Below are positions 55,742 to 64,000 of a DNA stretch of 64,000 bases, in pieces. The notes below the pieces were generated by a model, which was given only the letters and a program-made list of their open reading frames with translations, searched no databases and had not been told where the DNA came from. Position 1 is the first letter of the stretch; each line of letters starts with the position of its first letter. This DNA comes from an uncultured virus (IMG/VR IMGVR_UViG_3300012352_000177) (lineage: Duplodnaviria > Heunggongvirae > Uroviricota > Caudoviricetes > Crassvirales): the IMG/VR virus record IMGVR_UViG_3300012352_000177, one strand, 5' to 3'. A program made the position numbers and the translations under genes.

Positions 55742-56284
55742 TTATCTCATTACAAGACTATTAAAAAAATTATTCAACTTAGATTCCACAAAATCCTCTT
55801 GTCCGACAGGTGTCCTATCGTTGATCAACCAAAGTATTTTTTGTAGTCTCTCGTACTTTAGTTTGTCACTTAAGTACTTTTGATTCTCCAAAGATAGCTT
55901 TTCTATTTGTTTATGCAACACCATTGAGTTATTTATTATCTCAATCTCTTGACTTTCTATCAGCTTAGGTTGTATTTCTATAAACCTTTCTTTCAGGTAT
56001 ATATACGTTTCGCGGAACTCTGTGTCACTACTAAATAACCAATCAAAGTTTTTCATGTAGTGAATAATAGTTGAATGATCTTTGCCAATTCTTCTACCAA
56101 TAGACTTAAATGAATAGTTGTGTTCACGTGCAATCTTTGCATATATAATACGGGCATCGACAAGCTTTCTTTTCCTTGAGTCCCCAAATATATCTATATC
56201 TAGTTCACCCTCTACTACGATGCGAATTGCATCTAATTCATCCTTTGGTTTCCTCACCTCTAAATACTTCTGTTCTGATTCCAT
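55742..56284 (-). CDS. DnaA C-terminal-like HTH protein with coiled-coil tail
   Basis: SRKRKLVDARIIY...SFKSIGRRIGKDHSTIIH. Confidence 0.75.
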   Translation of the reverse strand: MESEQKYLEVRKPKDELDAIRIVVEGELDIDIFGDSRKRKLVDARIIYAKIAREHNYSFKSIGRRIGKDHSTIIHYMKNFDWLFSSDTEFRETYIYLKERFIEIQPKLIESQEIEIINNSMVLHKQIEKLSLENQKYLSDKLKYERLQKILWLINDRTPVGQEDFVESKLNNFFNSLVMR

Positions 56285-56492
56285 GTTTATTTAATTCTTT
56301 AATTCTAAATTCTTGTAACTTACTTAACTTTCCATCCGGACGCTTGACCTCGCTAAACAGCACACCTGTGTTAGGTGGTATAGCGATGAGGTCCGGGATT
56401 CCATTCTTATTGGTCTTGATGAGCTTAATGACGTAGTATCCTTGAGCTTCAAGTTCCTTGATACGTTTGGCTTGTATCTGCTGTTCGGTCAT
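56238..56492 (-). CDS. VRR-NUC nuclease
   Basis: TEQQIQ...GIPDL...SEVKRPDGKLSKLQ. Confidence 0.85.
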   Translation of the reverse strand: MTEQQIQAKRIKELEAQGYYVIKLIKTNKNGIPDLIAIPPNTGVLFSEVKRPDGKLSKLQEFRIKELNKHGIRTEVFRGEETKG

Positions 56493-56737
56493 AGCTCAAA
56501 TAGTTCTCTTCGTGTTTCTTCTAATTGTTTAAGCTCTCTATCAAGCTGACCCTTTAATAGATCTAAAGCAACTTTATAATCAATATAACATGGTATATTA
56601 CGAATTGTAATCCATTCATAGTCGAAATGAATTTCATCCATTCCTTTAACTATTTTTTCAAGCTGCTCTATTCTTTCCTCATATCCAATTATACATTGGA
56701 TAAGATGTTCTCCTTGTCTAACTTGTTCTACTGTCAT
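56489..56737 (-). CDS. hypothetical coiled-coil protein
   Basis: ATGA-coupled; similar layout to ORF 57012-57272 (ends FEL / FDEL). Confidence 0.6.
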   Translation of the reverse strand: MTVEQVRQGEHLIQCIIGYEERIEQLEKIVKGMDEIHFDYEWITIRNIPCYIDYKVALDLLKGQLDRELKQLEETRRELFEL

Positions 56738-57015
56738 AGCTTTTCGATTTCTTGTTTAACTTCTTCCCAATATTCAAGCGACAACCCTAAATCTATTTCC
56801 CGGTGGCTATAACATTGGTTGATTAATTCTTGAACTGCAATCAATGCACATTGTTTGGCTGTATATTCATCAATATGACCTTGATAACAATATAGCATTT
56901 TATCTACTAATTCTTTTGCTTTTTCTTTTGGTGTCATAAATCCATTTATTTTTTTAGGTGTTGCATCTAATATTTTAGATAGCTCATTAATTACTTCTTT
57001 ACTTGTTGGCTTCAT
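56734..57015 (-). CDS. small protein with TPKEKAKEL...YWEEVKQ module
   Basis: module begins at Met 56937; YWEEVKQ shared with ORF 63695-63871. Confidence 0.65.
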   Translation of the reverse strand: MKPTSKEVINELSKILDATPKKINGFMTPKEKAKELVDKMLYCYQGHIDEYTAKQCALIAVQELINQCYSHREIDLGLSLEYWEEVKQEIEKL

Positions 57016-57272
57016 AATTCGTCAAATAGTTTTTGGTGTCTTTCAATTTTTTCTTTAAGCATCTCACAGCGTTGCTCTGAAACTTTGATAATATCTTCAA
57101 TAAGGATGCGTACATATCCTACATCAGAAAACTCAACTGATATAGTTCCATCTTCTCTACATGACTTTCGTTTTAACTTTTCTATTTGCTCTTTTTCAAG
57201 ATCAAGTGCCTTCCAATTACTTGAGATGCAATCTTGCAAATCATTTGCTCTAAATAATAATTCCTTTGTCAT
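57012..57272 (-). CDS. hypothetical coiled-coil protein
   Basis: ATGA-coupled. Confidence 0.6.
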   Translation of the reverse strand: MTKELLFRANDLQDCISSNWKALDLEKEQIEKLKRKSCREDGTISVEFSDVGYVRILIEDIIKVSEQRCEMLKEKIERHQKLFDEL

Positions 57273-58699
57273 AATAATTTTTTAAAATGTGTAACTGTAA
57301 AATCTTTCTTTGCCGATACGGCTTTGTATATCTCCTTCTCGATGCCTCCCTTGGAGAACAACCAATACACTTTATTGTACTTGCGTTCCTTAGTGGTCAT
57401 CCTATCGCGTGACTGCCAATAGCTTGTCGCACTGAAGTCGATGTTGTAGTATACCAAGTAGTCAGCGTTCTTCAACGATATTCCCTCACGTCCGGATACA
57501 ATCTGCAGAGCTATCACCTGATAGTCCTCGTTGTCAAACTTATCAAGCTCAGTAGTAAGCTTATCACCAAACACTTGCTTGAGTGCATTAAGCTCTTCCT
57601 TGAACTTGTAGAAGACTCCAATCTTATATTCTGAAAACTTCCATTTTATGCACTCTGCCTTGGTCAGGTCAAGTATCATAGAGTTTCCACTCTCGAACTT
57701 AATGGTACCACTGCATAGTTGGTGTACCTTCTGCATGAGCTTCACCGGTGTGTCAGCTAAGATTAGCTCTTCCTTCCCCTCGATCAGCAGATCTTTTTTA
57801 AGCTTCTTGATCATTGCGTAGGTCGAAGGCTTCAGGCTAACGTACAAAATCTCTTCTTCTACTTCACTATCAAAGCCTGCTTCTTTCTGCGTGTAGCTTA
57901 TCATGTAAGGCTTCATCGCTTCAAGGATGGAAGGCTTTCCCTCAGAGTAGTCTCTGATGCGTAGGCTGTTGATCATTCGCTCCTTTACGTTCACGTGTTC
58001 GTTTGCAAACTTGTAGAACGTTGGGCATCCTCTGAACGGGTTACCGGGAATTGCGCTTACTTGGTGGTACAGCTGTGAGTATGACTCGGGGGTTGGTGTA
58101 CCCGAAAGTAAGATGACGTATGGTTTATTAACTTTGATGAACTCAGCCACAATCTTAGCTCGGTTACTTGCCTTTGGAAAGGCACCCATACCATGAGCCT
58201 CATCTAGGATGATTACATCGTACCCGTAATTACCAATGGTGTGTAAGCTCTCGTAGTTGATCACGGTTATCGCATAGCTTGGGTTAAGAAGGTCGTAGTC
58301 TCTTTGAATAGTTGAGATAGCTTTCTTCTTAGTAACAAATAAAACCTGATTAGGCTTCAATAACTCGCATATGCCGAGACTTGTGAGTGTCTTCCCTGTC
58401 CTTACCTCCATTGCTAAATAAACGAAGCGAGAGACGTTTAAAATGTCATATGCTTTTGCGATGATTTCTTTTTGATAATCTCTAAACTCTATCTTCATAC
58501 TCTTATAATGTTCTATGCTATTCTTAATTTGTTTTACCTTGTCTTCCATGTTACGATACATAGGCACCCTCATGGTTACAACATTCTTTCCTCTTCCGAT
58601 CTTTACTTCCTTGATCTTATTTATCGCCTTGAGCATTGCCTCAAGTTGACTAATCATCATCTTAGGTGTGTATCCGGATGGACCCTGTATGATCTCCAT
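57269..58699 (-). CDS. SF2 (SNF2-like) helicase
   Basis: FRDYQ, EVRTGKT, ILDEAH, LSGTPTP, GREGISL and QSRDR. Confidence 0.9.
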   Translation of the reverse strand: MEIIQGPSGYTPKMMISQLEAMLKAINKIKEVKIGRGKNVVTMRVPMYRNMEDKVKQIKNSIEHYKSMKIEFRDYQKEIIAKAYDILNVSRFVYLAMEVRTGKTLTSLGICELLKPNQVLFVTKKKAISTIQRDYDLLNPSYAITVINYESLHTIGNYGYDVIILDEAHGMGAFPKASNRAKIVAEFIKVNKPYVILLSGTPTPESYSQLYHQVSAIPGNPFRGCPTFYKFANEHVNVKERMINSLRIRDYSEGKPSILEAMKPYMISYTQKEAGFDSEVEEEILYVSLKPSTYAMIKKLKKDLLIEGKEELILADTPVKLMQKVHQLCSGTIKFESGNSMILDLTKAECIKWKFSEYKIGVFYKFKEELNALKQVFGDKLTTELDKFDNEDYQVIALQIVSGREGISLKNADYLVYYNIDFSATSYWQSRDRMTTKERKYNKVYWLFSKGGIEKEIYKAVSAKKDFTVTHFKKLL

Positions 58700-58701
58700 G
58701 G

Positions 58702-59040
58702 CTAACGTGTTATTATGTTTTCACACAGAGCACACCTTACCTCATCGTACTCGTAGCTTAAGATGTCGGGGTAGTCACACTGACACTCATAGTCCTTAGG
58801 ACTTCCGTCCGGCTTAAATCTGATGTCGTATATCTTCTTTAAGTTAGCACAATGTTCAAACATCTCCTTTCCTTCAAAGTATTTAATTATTAGGTTAAGG
58901 TTTCCTGACTCTAATGGCTCATCAGGTAGGTGAGCGAACATGGCAATTGGTGACTCAGTGATCGCTTCGTAGGTAGCCTTACCTGTAATCAAGTTATGCG
59001 AGTTAAGCATTGCTACGTGTAGTAATTGTTTCTGTCTCAT
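58702..59040 (-). CDS. hypothetical protein with C-terminal Cys cluster
   Basis: YFEGKEMFEHCANL; CQC...CALC. Confidence 0.6.
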   Translation of the reverse strand: MRQKQLLHVAMLNSHNLITGKATYEAITESPIAMFAHLPDEPLESGNLNLIIKYFEGKEMFEHCANLKKIYDIRFKPDGSPKDYECQCDYPDILSYEYDEVRCALCENIITR

Positions 59041-59222
59041 TTTGTGCTTTGTTTGTAATCAATTATAAATCCTATCGCAACTATTATGTTCATGCCTATA
59101 GATGCTACTACCTCTGTAATGTCTTCATAGACCGTTGTCATTAGATGGATGTGTCCTATAGACCAAAAGGGTATGGCTAGGTTCTGACTAATCCAAACTA
59201 TCAAGAACGTAACAAATCTCAT
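59037..59222 (-). CDS. small membrane protein
   Basis: two hydrophobic segments; ATGA-coupled. Confidence 0.6.
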   Translation of the reverse strand: MRFVTFLIVWISQNLAIPFWSIGHIHLMTTVYEDITEVVASIGMNIIVAIGFIIDYKQSTK

Positions 59223-59467
59223 TTTATCTCGTAGTTAACTTTAACTTCTTGTCTAGCTTTTTGTTCAATAAACTTGACATCTTGCTTAAGCTTTTCAATG
59301 TAGCACGTGGCATCCATCAGTTCTTCCTGTAGGTGATTTAACCAATCGGTTAAACTCAGGTCATCACGATCGAGCGTTGTCCCATACTTATTGATACCTA
59401 CCTGACTACGCTCGTAGTACTTTGCCATTACCTTCAATACGATTGGGTCTTCTACTTTCTGTTTCAT
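59219..59467 (-). CDS. all-alpha NTP pyrophosphohydrolase-like small protein
   Basis: RSQVGINKYGTTL...WLNHLQEELMDATCY. Confidence 0.6.
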   Translation of the reverse strand: MKQKVEDPIVLKVMAKYYERSQVGINKYGTTLDRDDLSLTDWLNHLQEELMDATCYIEKLKQDVKFIEQKARQEVKVNYEIK

Positions 59468-59700
59468 TCTTCTAAATTTAAGTTATAGTCTTCTAATATT
59501 CTTCTTAATTCTTCTCTAAGCATTTCAGATGCTTCAATTTCTAGTGAAGTAGCTTGTCTACCTTTAAAATGTTGATTTCTAATAACACTTCTAAGTTGTT
59601 GATCTAAATTCCACATAGCAATCCTCCATTTGTAGCCATCTAAAGCCTCACGAAGTTCTTCTCTTTCTTCGTTTCCGTCAAACTCAATTGTTACTTTCAT
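59464..59700 (-). CDS. hypothetical protein
   Basis: MKVTIEFD...WNLDQQLR. Confidence 0.65.
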   Translation of the reverse strand: MKVTIEFDGNEEREELREALDGYKWRIAMWNLDQQLRSVIRNQHFKGRQATSLEIEASEMLREELRRILEDYNLNLEE

Positions 59701-60094
59701 CTTCTCTATATTTAATTTCTTTTTTAATCAAGTCAAGGTGCCACTCAGCTCCACCATATTCAAGTACTGCTTGTAGGTAGTCATCGTCCATATCGCATAT
59801 CGCGATGTACGTTAGCGGTTGCTTGCCATCTACACCCCGGCTGCCTCTTGTTGCATACTTTCTCACAATCATAAAATCATCATCTGCATAGACGTACTTA
59901 GGTTCAATCTTATCCATGTCCTTAGCACCATATCTCTCATACTCATTACCTCCGTCAACCATGGCGCCATTAGGACATCCACAAGTAACATAGTCATGCC
60001 GGCTACGGCTTACAATCGTTTCGCCACATTCAAGGCATTTGATTGCGTTATAAACTATCTGTCTCATCTTGATATTTTTCTCTAAGTATTTCAA
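59684..60094 (-). CDS. zinc-binding phage protein
   Basis: CLECGETIVSRSRHDYVTCGC...VDGG; true start may be Met 60067. Confidence 0.7.
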   Translation of the reverse strand: MKYLEKNIKMRQIVYNAIKCLECGETIVSRSRHDYVTCGCPNGAMVDGGNEYERYGAKDMDKIEPKYVYADDDFMIVRKYATRGSRGVDGKQPLTYIAICDMDDDYLQAVLEYGGAEWHLDLIKKEIKYREDESNN

Positions 60095-60284
60095 ACTCTT
60101 TTGTTAGCTTTTCCATTGTAATATGTTCTGCGGCTCTTACTAATGCGCCTCCAAACTTAATGGATTCAAACATCTCATCCTCATATTTTATCTTGGCTTC
60201 TTGCTTCAATGCATACCAAGCTAACTTATCCTTTGGCATCTCCCACAGCTGTCGGTATAACCACTCTATTGAATTTTCTTTCAT
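60048..60284 (-). CDS. small protein, TAVE-like family
   Basis: NSIEWL...QEAK resembles the TAVE..L...KAK pattern. Confidence 0.55.
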   Translation of the reverse strand: MKENSIEWLYRQLWEMPKDKLAWYALKQEAKIKYEDEMFESIKFGGALVRAAEHITMEKLTKEFEILREKYQDETDSL

Positions 60285-60535
60285 ATCATATTGTTTTTAG
60301 TAAAGTACTCTGCCACCTGACCGATGTCATCGAACTTAATGTTATCAAATTTCTTTTCCTCAAAGTTATACTGAACAAGGCTTTTGTTTTTAACAGCAGT
60401 CTCAAACGTACATATCTTACAGACCCTGTTTCTTCCAAGGTCTGTCTTCAATGTGTAGTGTCTCCTGTTCTCAGTGAAGCTGTCCAACGTAAGCGTTCGC
60501 CTACAGCTGAAGCATTGTTTCTTTGTCTGTGTCAT
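60281..60535 (-). CDS. CxxC...CxxC zinc-ribbon protein
   Basis: CFSC and CKIC. Confidence 0.65.
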   Translation of the reverse strand: MTQTKKQCFSCRRTLTLDSFTENRRHYTLKTDLGRNRVCKICTFETAVKNKSLVQYNFEEKKFDNIKFDDIGQVAEYFTKNNMI

Positions 60536-62933
60536 CCTGTTCAGGTTTACGATTAATAACTATCCATCTTCCCTTGTCCTCACGTCCCTCAGTAGGCATA
60601 ACTCCGTGCTTGTACATTGCGTAAGACACTAGCCACTTATAGAACTTCGTTCGACTGATCGTCATCTTAGCCTTCGGTCCGTAGTCCGGGTACTCGTTGA
60701 TGAAGTCAAAGTATAGATCGTTCTTGAAGTACTTGATGCTAGGGTATAACCTTTGGTCATCCTTGTTAGCATCGTCAATCAATCCAACCCACTCTATGAA
60801 GTCATGACAGGTCTCAGCTGACAGCTGACGTATCTTAAGGTTCACGAACTTAGACTTAACTAGTCCGGTGTTCAAGTATCCCTGAAGACAGGCTACCATG
60901 TAGTTGTCAAACTCACACCAATCCTCATCGTTCCAATCTGCAAAGAAGTGACGACCAAACTCATCCTGTGGAGTGAAGTGCATATTGTAGTGCTGATGCA
61001 GTTCCAACTCCCACTTACGTCTTGCGAATGAGTTACCTGCCCCCTTGATTGCGTAGTTGGTAGTGATGGCTACCTTAGGTGACTTACTGAATGGTATCTT
61101 AATTGCATCCTTATTCTTCTTCTCAAGCGTTAACCCCTCTGTGATGACAGAGAACAACCGCTCGAAGTCAAAGTATCGTTTAACGTCATCAAAGCATAGT
61201 ATCTGAGTGTCTGCTGATACCAACTGATATGGGAAGGACTTCTCAAATGCGAATGCCTTACCATCAATCACCACCAACTTCTTCATCTGACTAAGCGCGT
61301 TCATGAACAGACCCTTACCGGTACCACCCTCAGGGTTGTCACTGATTACCTCATCGTTTAGGATGACAGCCGGACAGAACGATAGGTTCTTGTACCCATG
61401 CATAAGGAACCCAATGGTACTCTCCATGGTAGCAACTCTGTACTCATCGTTACCACAGATGTTGGAGATGAACTGAACGTAGTCGCACTTGTCTGTGATG
61501 TCACAGATGTTGAAGCTCCTGTCTATCACGTGGTCTTTCCATACGTACCCACCTAAGTCCAAGTAGTCAATCGTCTTTATCTCTCCCTTGGATATCTGAA
61601 CAGCGCAGTTCCTGTAGTACAGGTACGCTGTGTCCTTGGTGTCCTCAATGAAGTAGATGTCAATGGTTGCCAACATGGAAAGGAACTCTTCCTTAAAGAA
61701 TCGAGTGTTGTCAGCGAAGTAGTTGTACACGTTGATGTCGTCCAAGTTAAGCAGGTAGTCAAGGATAAAGTCCTTTATCTCCTTCTCCGATGTGTGGTCG
61801 ATCAAGTTGTTGGTTACCTTAACAAACACGTAGTTCTTTCCACCCTCAGGGCAGTACTTGTAGAACCCATTGTCTTCCAAGAACTGCTTCAATAAGATGT
61901 GTACTACCTTGATGATTCCCTTGTCGTTCTTTGACCAAAATGTAGAATTTGCATTCTCCTCCTCTACCTTGTTAAGAACAGAATCGATTGTCTCCGTATC
62001 CAAATGGGAATCTTGTAGCTGAATACGTATCTCTTTTTTTGATACACCACGTCTTAGCTTAGCCTTGATCTGATTGACTCTCTCCTCATCCTCGTAGTAC
62101 TTGGTACCGAAGTTAGATGTGTTCTTGTAAGCTGAGTCAATTGTCATTGCAATCTCAGACAAAGTAAAGTCCTGAGTAGCAAACTGATTAAGCACGTAAG
62201 ATGCAAGGCTCTTGTTGATACCGAAGTCATTGAACGCCATCGCTAGGATGTACGCGTTATGATTACGTTGACCCTCAACCATTGGGTGCTTCTTCTCCCA
62301 CCACTTGAGTAGTATCTCAACTACCTTGTTCTCATCGGTGATTGGAATGGTAGCCGTGTCTCTGAACTTTGTCACCTCTTGGTACTCAGGCTCTTCGATG
62401 ATGTCCCATAGGGATGAGTTCTCGTTCACGTAGATTAACGGGTCGTATGACTCGTAGCATACGCGACTGATGTTCTTTGATGTCTTGTCGAAGTACTGCG
62501 AGTTGAAGTACTTCTCTAGGCTGTTGAAGTAGTTTGTATGGTTCTCCGGATCTTGTGGGACCTTTATCAATACCTTTAGTCCGTTACCTGATGGTGAGAT
62601 GAACACTGAGTACACGTACTTGTTCTTTGATATGTTCTCCTTGTCCTGAAGTAGCTCCTTTTGTTTTTGGTATCCATCGAAGTCTAAGCAGATGAGTCCG
62701 CTGTGTTCTACTAACGCGCTGTCTGCTCTCTTGGTAAACGTACCGCTGAAGCAGATAGCAGGTAGTAATTTCTTTAGGTCGTTACGTATCTCCTTCTTCT
62801 TCTCTGTACGAATCTTCTTAACCAAGTCCTTTGAGGTACCCTCCTTAATCCTATCGAGGATATTACCTACCTCTCGGTAGAAGGGAGTATCTGTCTCCTT
62901 GATGTTTTGGAATATTGTTATTGTAAATGTCAT
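60501..62933 (-). CDS. primase-helicase (VirE/BT4734-like N-terminus, PriCT, P-loop helicase)
   Basis: HSGLICLDFD, FISPSGNGLK, EGQRNH, GGTGKG, CFDD and ITTNY. Confidence 0.9.
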   Translation of the reverse strand: MTFTITIFQNIKETDTPFYREVGNILDRIKEGTSKDLVKKIRTEKKKEIRNDLKKLLPAICFSGTFTKRADSALVEHSGLICLDFDGYQKQKELLQDKENISKNKYVYSVFISPSGNGLKVLIKVPQDPENHTNYFNSLEKYFNSQYFDKTSKNISRVCYESYDPLIYVNENSSLWDIIEEPEYQEVTKFRDTATIPITDENKVVEILLKWWEKKHPMVEGQRNHNAYILAMAFNDFGINKSLASYVLNQFATQDFTLSEIAMTIDSAYKNTSNFGTKYYEDEERVNQIKAKLRRGVSKKEIRIQLQDSHLDTETIDSVLNKVEEENANSTFWSKNDKGIIKVVHILLKQFLEDNGFYKYCPEGGKNYVFVKVTNNLIDHTSEKEIKDFILDYLLNLDDINVYNYFADNTRFFKEEFLSMLATIDIYFIEDTKDTAYLYYRNCAVQISKGEIKTIDYLDLGGYVWKDHVIDRSFNICDITDKCDYVQFISNICGNDEYRVATMESTIGFLMHGYKNLSFCPAVILNDEVISDNPEGGTGKGLFMNALSQMKKLVVIDGKAFAFEKSFPYQLVSADTQILCFDDVKRYFDFERLFSVITEGLTLEKKNKDAIKIPFSKSPKVAITTNYAIKGAGNSFARRKWELELHQHYNMHFTPQDEFGRHFFADWNDEDWCEFDNYMVACLQGYLNTGLVKSKFVNLKIRQLSAETCHDFIEWVGLIDDANKDDQRLYPSIKYFKNDLYFDFINEYPDYGPKAKMTISRTKFYKWLVSYAMYKHGVMPTEGREDKGRWIVINRKPEQDDTDKETMLQL

Positions 62934-62938
62934 CTTAA

Positions 62939-63092
62939 TGTCGATTTAATGTCGTTTTCAAATTATAAATCCCTTTATTAATAAGGGTTATGTCGATTCT
63001 GTCGATTTTTCTTTCCTAATGTATAAGAATAAAAAATAATTAATAGTAAAAATATATATAGAGTATAGAGAGATATATTTTTTGTTGTCATC
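62939..63092. repeat. TGTCGA iteron cluster plus AT-rich tract (origin-like, copy B)
   Basis: TGTCG at 62939, 62950, 62991, 63000; directly upstream of the primase gene. Confidence 0.6.
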
Positions 63093-63107
63093 TACGATTT
63101 GTTGGTT

Positions 63108-63133
63108 AAAAAAGGGGAGCGTTAACTCCCCTT
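63108..63133 (-). terminator. intrinsic terminator after SSB
   Basis: AAGGGGAG/CTCCCCTT stem plus T run on the minus strand. Confidence 0.7.
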
Positions 63134-63154
63134 GACTAACTGATAATCAATAGG

Positions 63155-63448
63155 TTAGAATGGTAAGTCCTCCTCATCATCCTCGTCTACACTTGGCTTA
63201 GAACTGACAGCCGGTGCAGTTTTCTCGACATCCTTGTTCTTAGGCTCGTATGTGTCCAACTCAAGGTATGCGTTACCACTTCGTCCGTACTTAATGTCTA
63301 AGTTAACCCAACCATTCTTCTCGTTGTTACGTAAGAATGCGATCGCCTCGTCTATCTTAACTGATAGCCTACCGATTACAAAGTCAGGTGCATCCTCTCT
63401 TCGCTTGAACATAAACCCATCTGCGAATACTTTTTCTTTTTGTTCCAT
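63155..63448 (-). CDS. single-stranded DNA-binding protein-like
   Basis: APDFVIGRL, GWVNLDI; acidic tail DEDDEEDLPF; next to primase. Confidence 0.7.
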   Translation of the reverse strand: MEQKEKVFADGFMFKRREDAPDFVIGRLSVKIDEAIAFLRNNEKNGWVNLDIKYGRSGNAYLELDTYEPKNKDVEKTAPAVSSKPSVDEDDEEDLPF

Positions 63449-63470
63449 TTTATATTTGATTTAATTGTTA

Positions 63471-63575
63471 CTAAAATACTCCACGCCATACGTGGATGAC
63501 TAACTCTATCATTCCATAGCAGAAAACTCCAAGGATGAATAGTAATAATATAATTGCCTTTGTTTTCTCTGTCAT
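63471..63575 (-). CDS. small membrane peptide (34 aa)
   Basis: manual translation MTEKTKAIILLLFILGVFCYG; starts at the repeated junction. Confidence 0.5.
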   Translation of the reverse strand: MTEKTKAIILLLFILGVFCYGMIELVIHVWRGVF

Positions 63576-63576
63576 C

Positions 63577-63693
63577 TTATTCTGATTTAATTGTTAATAA
63601 CTTTTCTGCTAGTTCTAATACATATAATAAAAATGTATCTTTCGTATTAACTAATGCTACATTAATTACTACAATGCTGTTTATATCTCTCAT
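63577..63693 (-). CDS. 38-aa peptide ending IKSE
   Basis: manual translation; ends in the repeated junction. Confidence 0.4.
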   Translation of the reverse strand: MRDINSIVVINVALVNTKDTFLLYVLELAEKLLTIKSE

Positions 63694-63694
63694 A

Positions 63695-63871
63695 TTACTT
63701 TTGTTTATTTAATTGTTGTTTTACTTCCTCCCAATAATCTTCTGAAAACCTATCATTTTCAAATTTTTTACTTGTATACAAAACACATTTCTGTATCTCA
63801 TATACTACCTTTATCGCAAGTTCTTTACCAAACTTATTTATCAAATCTGTTGCTCTCTCTACTGCTGTCAT
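63695..63871 (-). CDS. 58-aa protein MTAVERA...YWEEVKQ
   Basis: manual translation; starts at the repeated junction. Confidence 0.6.
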   Translation of the reverse strand: MTAVERATDLINKFGKELAIKVVYEIQKCVLYTSKKFENDRFSEDYWEEVKQQLNKQK

Positions 63872-63872
63872 C

Positions 63873-64000
63873 TTATTCTGATTTAAAGGGTTTTAAAAAA
63901 TTGTTTATTTGGTCAAATAACCATCCTGTTAAGTAAGCTTCAGGCTCATCATTATGAAGATCGATCTTAGCATTTATACCTAAGAAGATGTAGTTCTTAA
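63873..64000 (-). CDS. partial protein ending FKSE (5' end outside window)
   Basis: reads ...HNDEPEAYLTGWLFDQINNFLKPFKSE*. Confidence 0.55.
   Translation of the reverse strand, partial: KNYIFLGINAKIDLHNDEPEAYLTGWLFDQINNFLKPFKSE

Noticed and set aside
405..63464. Many short antisense ORFs in the supplied track
   Set aside because: They shadow longer, well-supported genes on the opposite strand and lack independent signals

Overview
This is most of a tailed dsDNA phage genome, probably podovirus-like and infecting a Bacteroidota (flavobacterial) host. The host call rests on TAnnTTTG -7 promoter boxes ahead of at least 15 transcription units and A-rich start regions without Shine-Dalgarno sequences. 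A leftward arm (1-7.9 kb and 55.1-64 kb) carries early and replication genes: RecE-like nuclease, Sak-like annealase, two DnaA-C-like proteins, SF2 helicase, VRR-NUC, primase-helicase, SSB and many small proteins. A non-coding control region lies at about 7.8-9.3 kb. A rightward arm (9.3-55.1 kb) carries GroEL, a GIY-YIG homing endonuclease, GroES, Lys-rich small proteins, tail fibres, lysis genes, a tandem GroES-like protein, terminase, portal, scaffold, capsid, tail proteins and three ejection proteins, one of 3335 aa. I recognised no DNA or RNA polymerase, integrase, tRNA or CRISPR array. The strongest signals are: (1) two tandem promoter-guide-terminator units that look like antisense RNAs against early-gene start codons; (2) the giant ejection gene appears to encode three products, through a nested +1-frame MPFKS gene and an A10 slippery site; (3) CCAG/CTGG seems absent from the whole window; (4) a homing endonuclease that carries a recoded replacement start for groES; (5) two matching origin-like iteron elements. 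All family assignments come from motif recognition by eye, not database searches.
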